From Spirogloea muscicola (lineage: Eukaryota), in NCBI GenBank assembly GCA_009602725.1, contig WELB01000028.1, positions 915,953-979,952 of the forward strand: 64,000 nucleotides of DNA. Reading direction: 5' to 3'. Positions within the stretch are counted from its first letter, which is position 1. The number at the start of each line of letters is the position of its first letter. The translations under genes were made by a program, and so were the position numbers. This document shows positions 62,815 through 64,000 of the stretch, in pieces. The notes under the pieces were generated by a model. It was not told where the DNA came from, ran no database searches, and was given only the letters and a program-made list of their open reading frames with translations.

Positions 62815-63140
62815 GTAGCAAAGAGGCCAAGTACGCGGACTATCCGGAAGGGGACGAGTTCGTTCTACTGGCCGATGAGCACGGGGTTGTTGGGACTCAC
62901 TGGCTAAACCTGCTGACCAGGCTTGCCACGCTGTGTCCCACAGGCGGGGCGAGCAGGCCGACTTCAACGCCGCTGGCTATAGAATGCGGCTATCTTTGAG
63001 TCTGCAGCGCTCCCAGGCACTCGCGATACACCAGCGTGCTGGGCGTGCATTAGGCCCAGGCCAAAGGCTTCCGTGGCGGTATCCTAGTCCTCAGCTTAGC
63101 TTGTCAGATATGTATGTGCTCACTCGAGGATATTTGGTGT
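62815..63140 (+). mobile_element. Third RLE subfamily (C) 3' fragment
   Basis: KEAKYADYPEGDEFVLLA-DEHGVVG...YRMRLSLSLQRSQALAIHQRAGRALG...SLSDMYVLTRGY (frameshifted). Confidence 0.75.
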
Positions 63141-63209
63141 CCCCCTTAGCCATTGCCCCGTAACCAAGACTTCTGTAAGGCTCGAATTGGCCTCCCTTTC
63201 ATTTTCATG

Positions 63210-63350
63210 CGCATTGCGCCTTCCTCCGCTGGCTCGCTAGCGCAGGTTGTTTCGCATGCGCTCGTCCATATCCCTCCAATATCCCTCCAATGGCCACGCC
63301 TTGCACCTGCGTGCTGGCCGTGCTCTGGCTGCAGCCTCTGGCTTTCGTAA
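63210..63350 (+). mobile_element. Subfamily B fragment
   Basis: AGSLAQV/FRMRSSISLQ...HALHLRAGRALAAASGFR, with an internal 11-bp duplication atatccctcca. Confidence 0.7.
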
Positions 63351-63429
63351 GAAAGCTAGTAAGCAAATCAAACGGAACGGGAAGAAAAATTCATCAAGGG
63401 GACTTATTGAGCGACAGCTTCTCTTTAAT

Positions 63430-64000
63430 AAACTTTTGTGTATTTGAAATAAACGAAGGCCACATTGCCAAGCACAAAGGCAAGCACATCTTTAGACCTA
63501 CATAACCTACGGTAGATTGACCCGCTCAGTAACCACGGGTCAAATCATTAAGGTCGCTAATCGATGCCTAAATACTAGATGGCAGATACGAAGCCCTTCT
63601 GCCACTAACTAGAGCTCGCCCAGCTTTCTGGTGCAAAGTATTAACCCTAGCACGCTGCAAGCAGGCCGAAACTCGTCGTCGCAAGAATGACAGACATGCA
63701 GCAGGCAAGCCCATCTCAGCCGGGAACACATCTGCATGTCGTGTGTAGCCTAGACTGGCTATGTTTTGAAGGAGAGCAAGGAAACGAGGACCTAAGCAGC
63801 CAAAGATGTCGATTGCCACTCGCAGGAACTGGTCACATTGGGGTTAATCGGAGTAGTGCTGCAACTTTCTATGTTCAGCACTGCCCACTGCGTGGCCAGC
63901 GATGTGCGTCAATGCTGGACCTTCAAAGGCCTCCGTAACCACAACATCGACCAAGGCCCGTGGTCCTCTATGAGGTTGCACGCCCACAATGTCAAGTGTG
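63430..64000 (-). mobile_element. Inverted subfamily A copy running off the window edge (internal stop)
   Basis: The reverse complement aligns with 61797-62360; a TAA replaces the Tyr in HYSDY. Confidence 0.88.

Overview
Eukaryotic nuclear DNA with GT-AG introns. The gene content (FPP, CURT1, plant-type TOM5, ATP synthase 6 kDa subunit, At5g52880-like F-box) points to a streptophyte, most likely a green alga; the species cannot be determined from the sequence. About 17 intron-containing genes are present: PyrD/RibD, ATP synthase 6 kDa, TOM5, a large disordered orphan, DUF3082, a METTL23-like methyltransferase, a conserved plant unknown, TEL2, CURT1, a small orphan membrane protein, an eIF4B-motif protein, a kinase-like protein, an SSS transporter, UCP, FPP, LAG1 ceramide synthase and an F-box protein. 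Five pairs are arranged head-to-head around CpG/(GCC)n-rich islands, where the assembly gaps also fall. The main accessory signal is four intergenic clusters (about 9.6-11.3, 16.0-16.7, 27.1-27.3 and 59.8-64.0 kb) of 3'-end fragments from several diverged subfamilies of a restriction-like-endonuclease (CRE-like) non-LTR retroelement. The best-preserved copies end in SDxxxLTRGY-stop and carry subfamily-specific hairpin 3' tails. One copy is nested inside another with a CCTTGC target-site duplication. No reverse transcriptase for this family lies in the window. All product calls come from recalled family motifs; no database searches were run.
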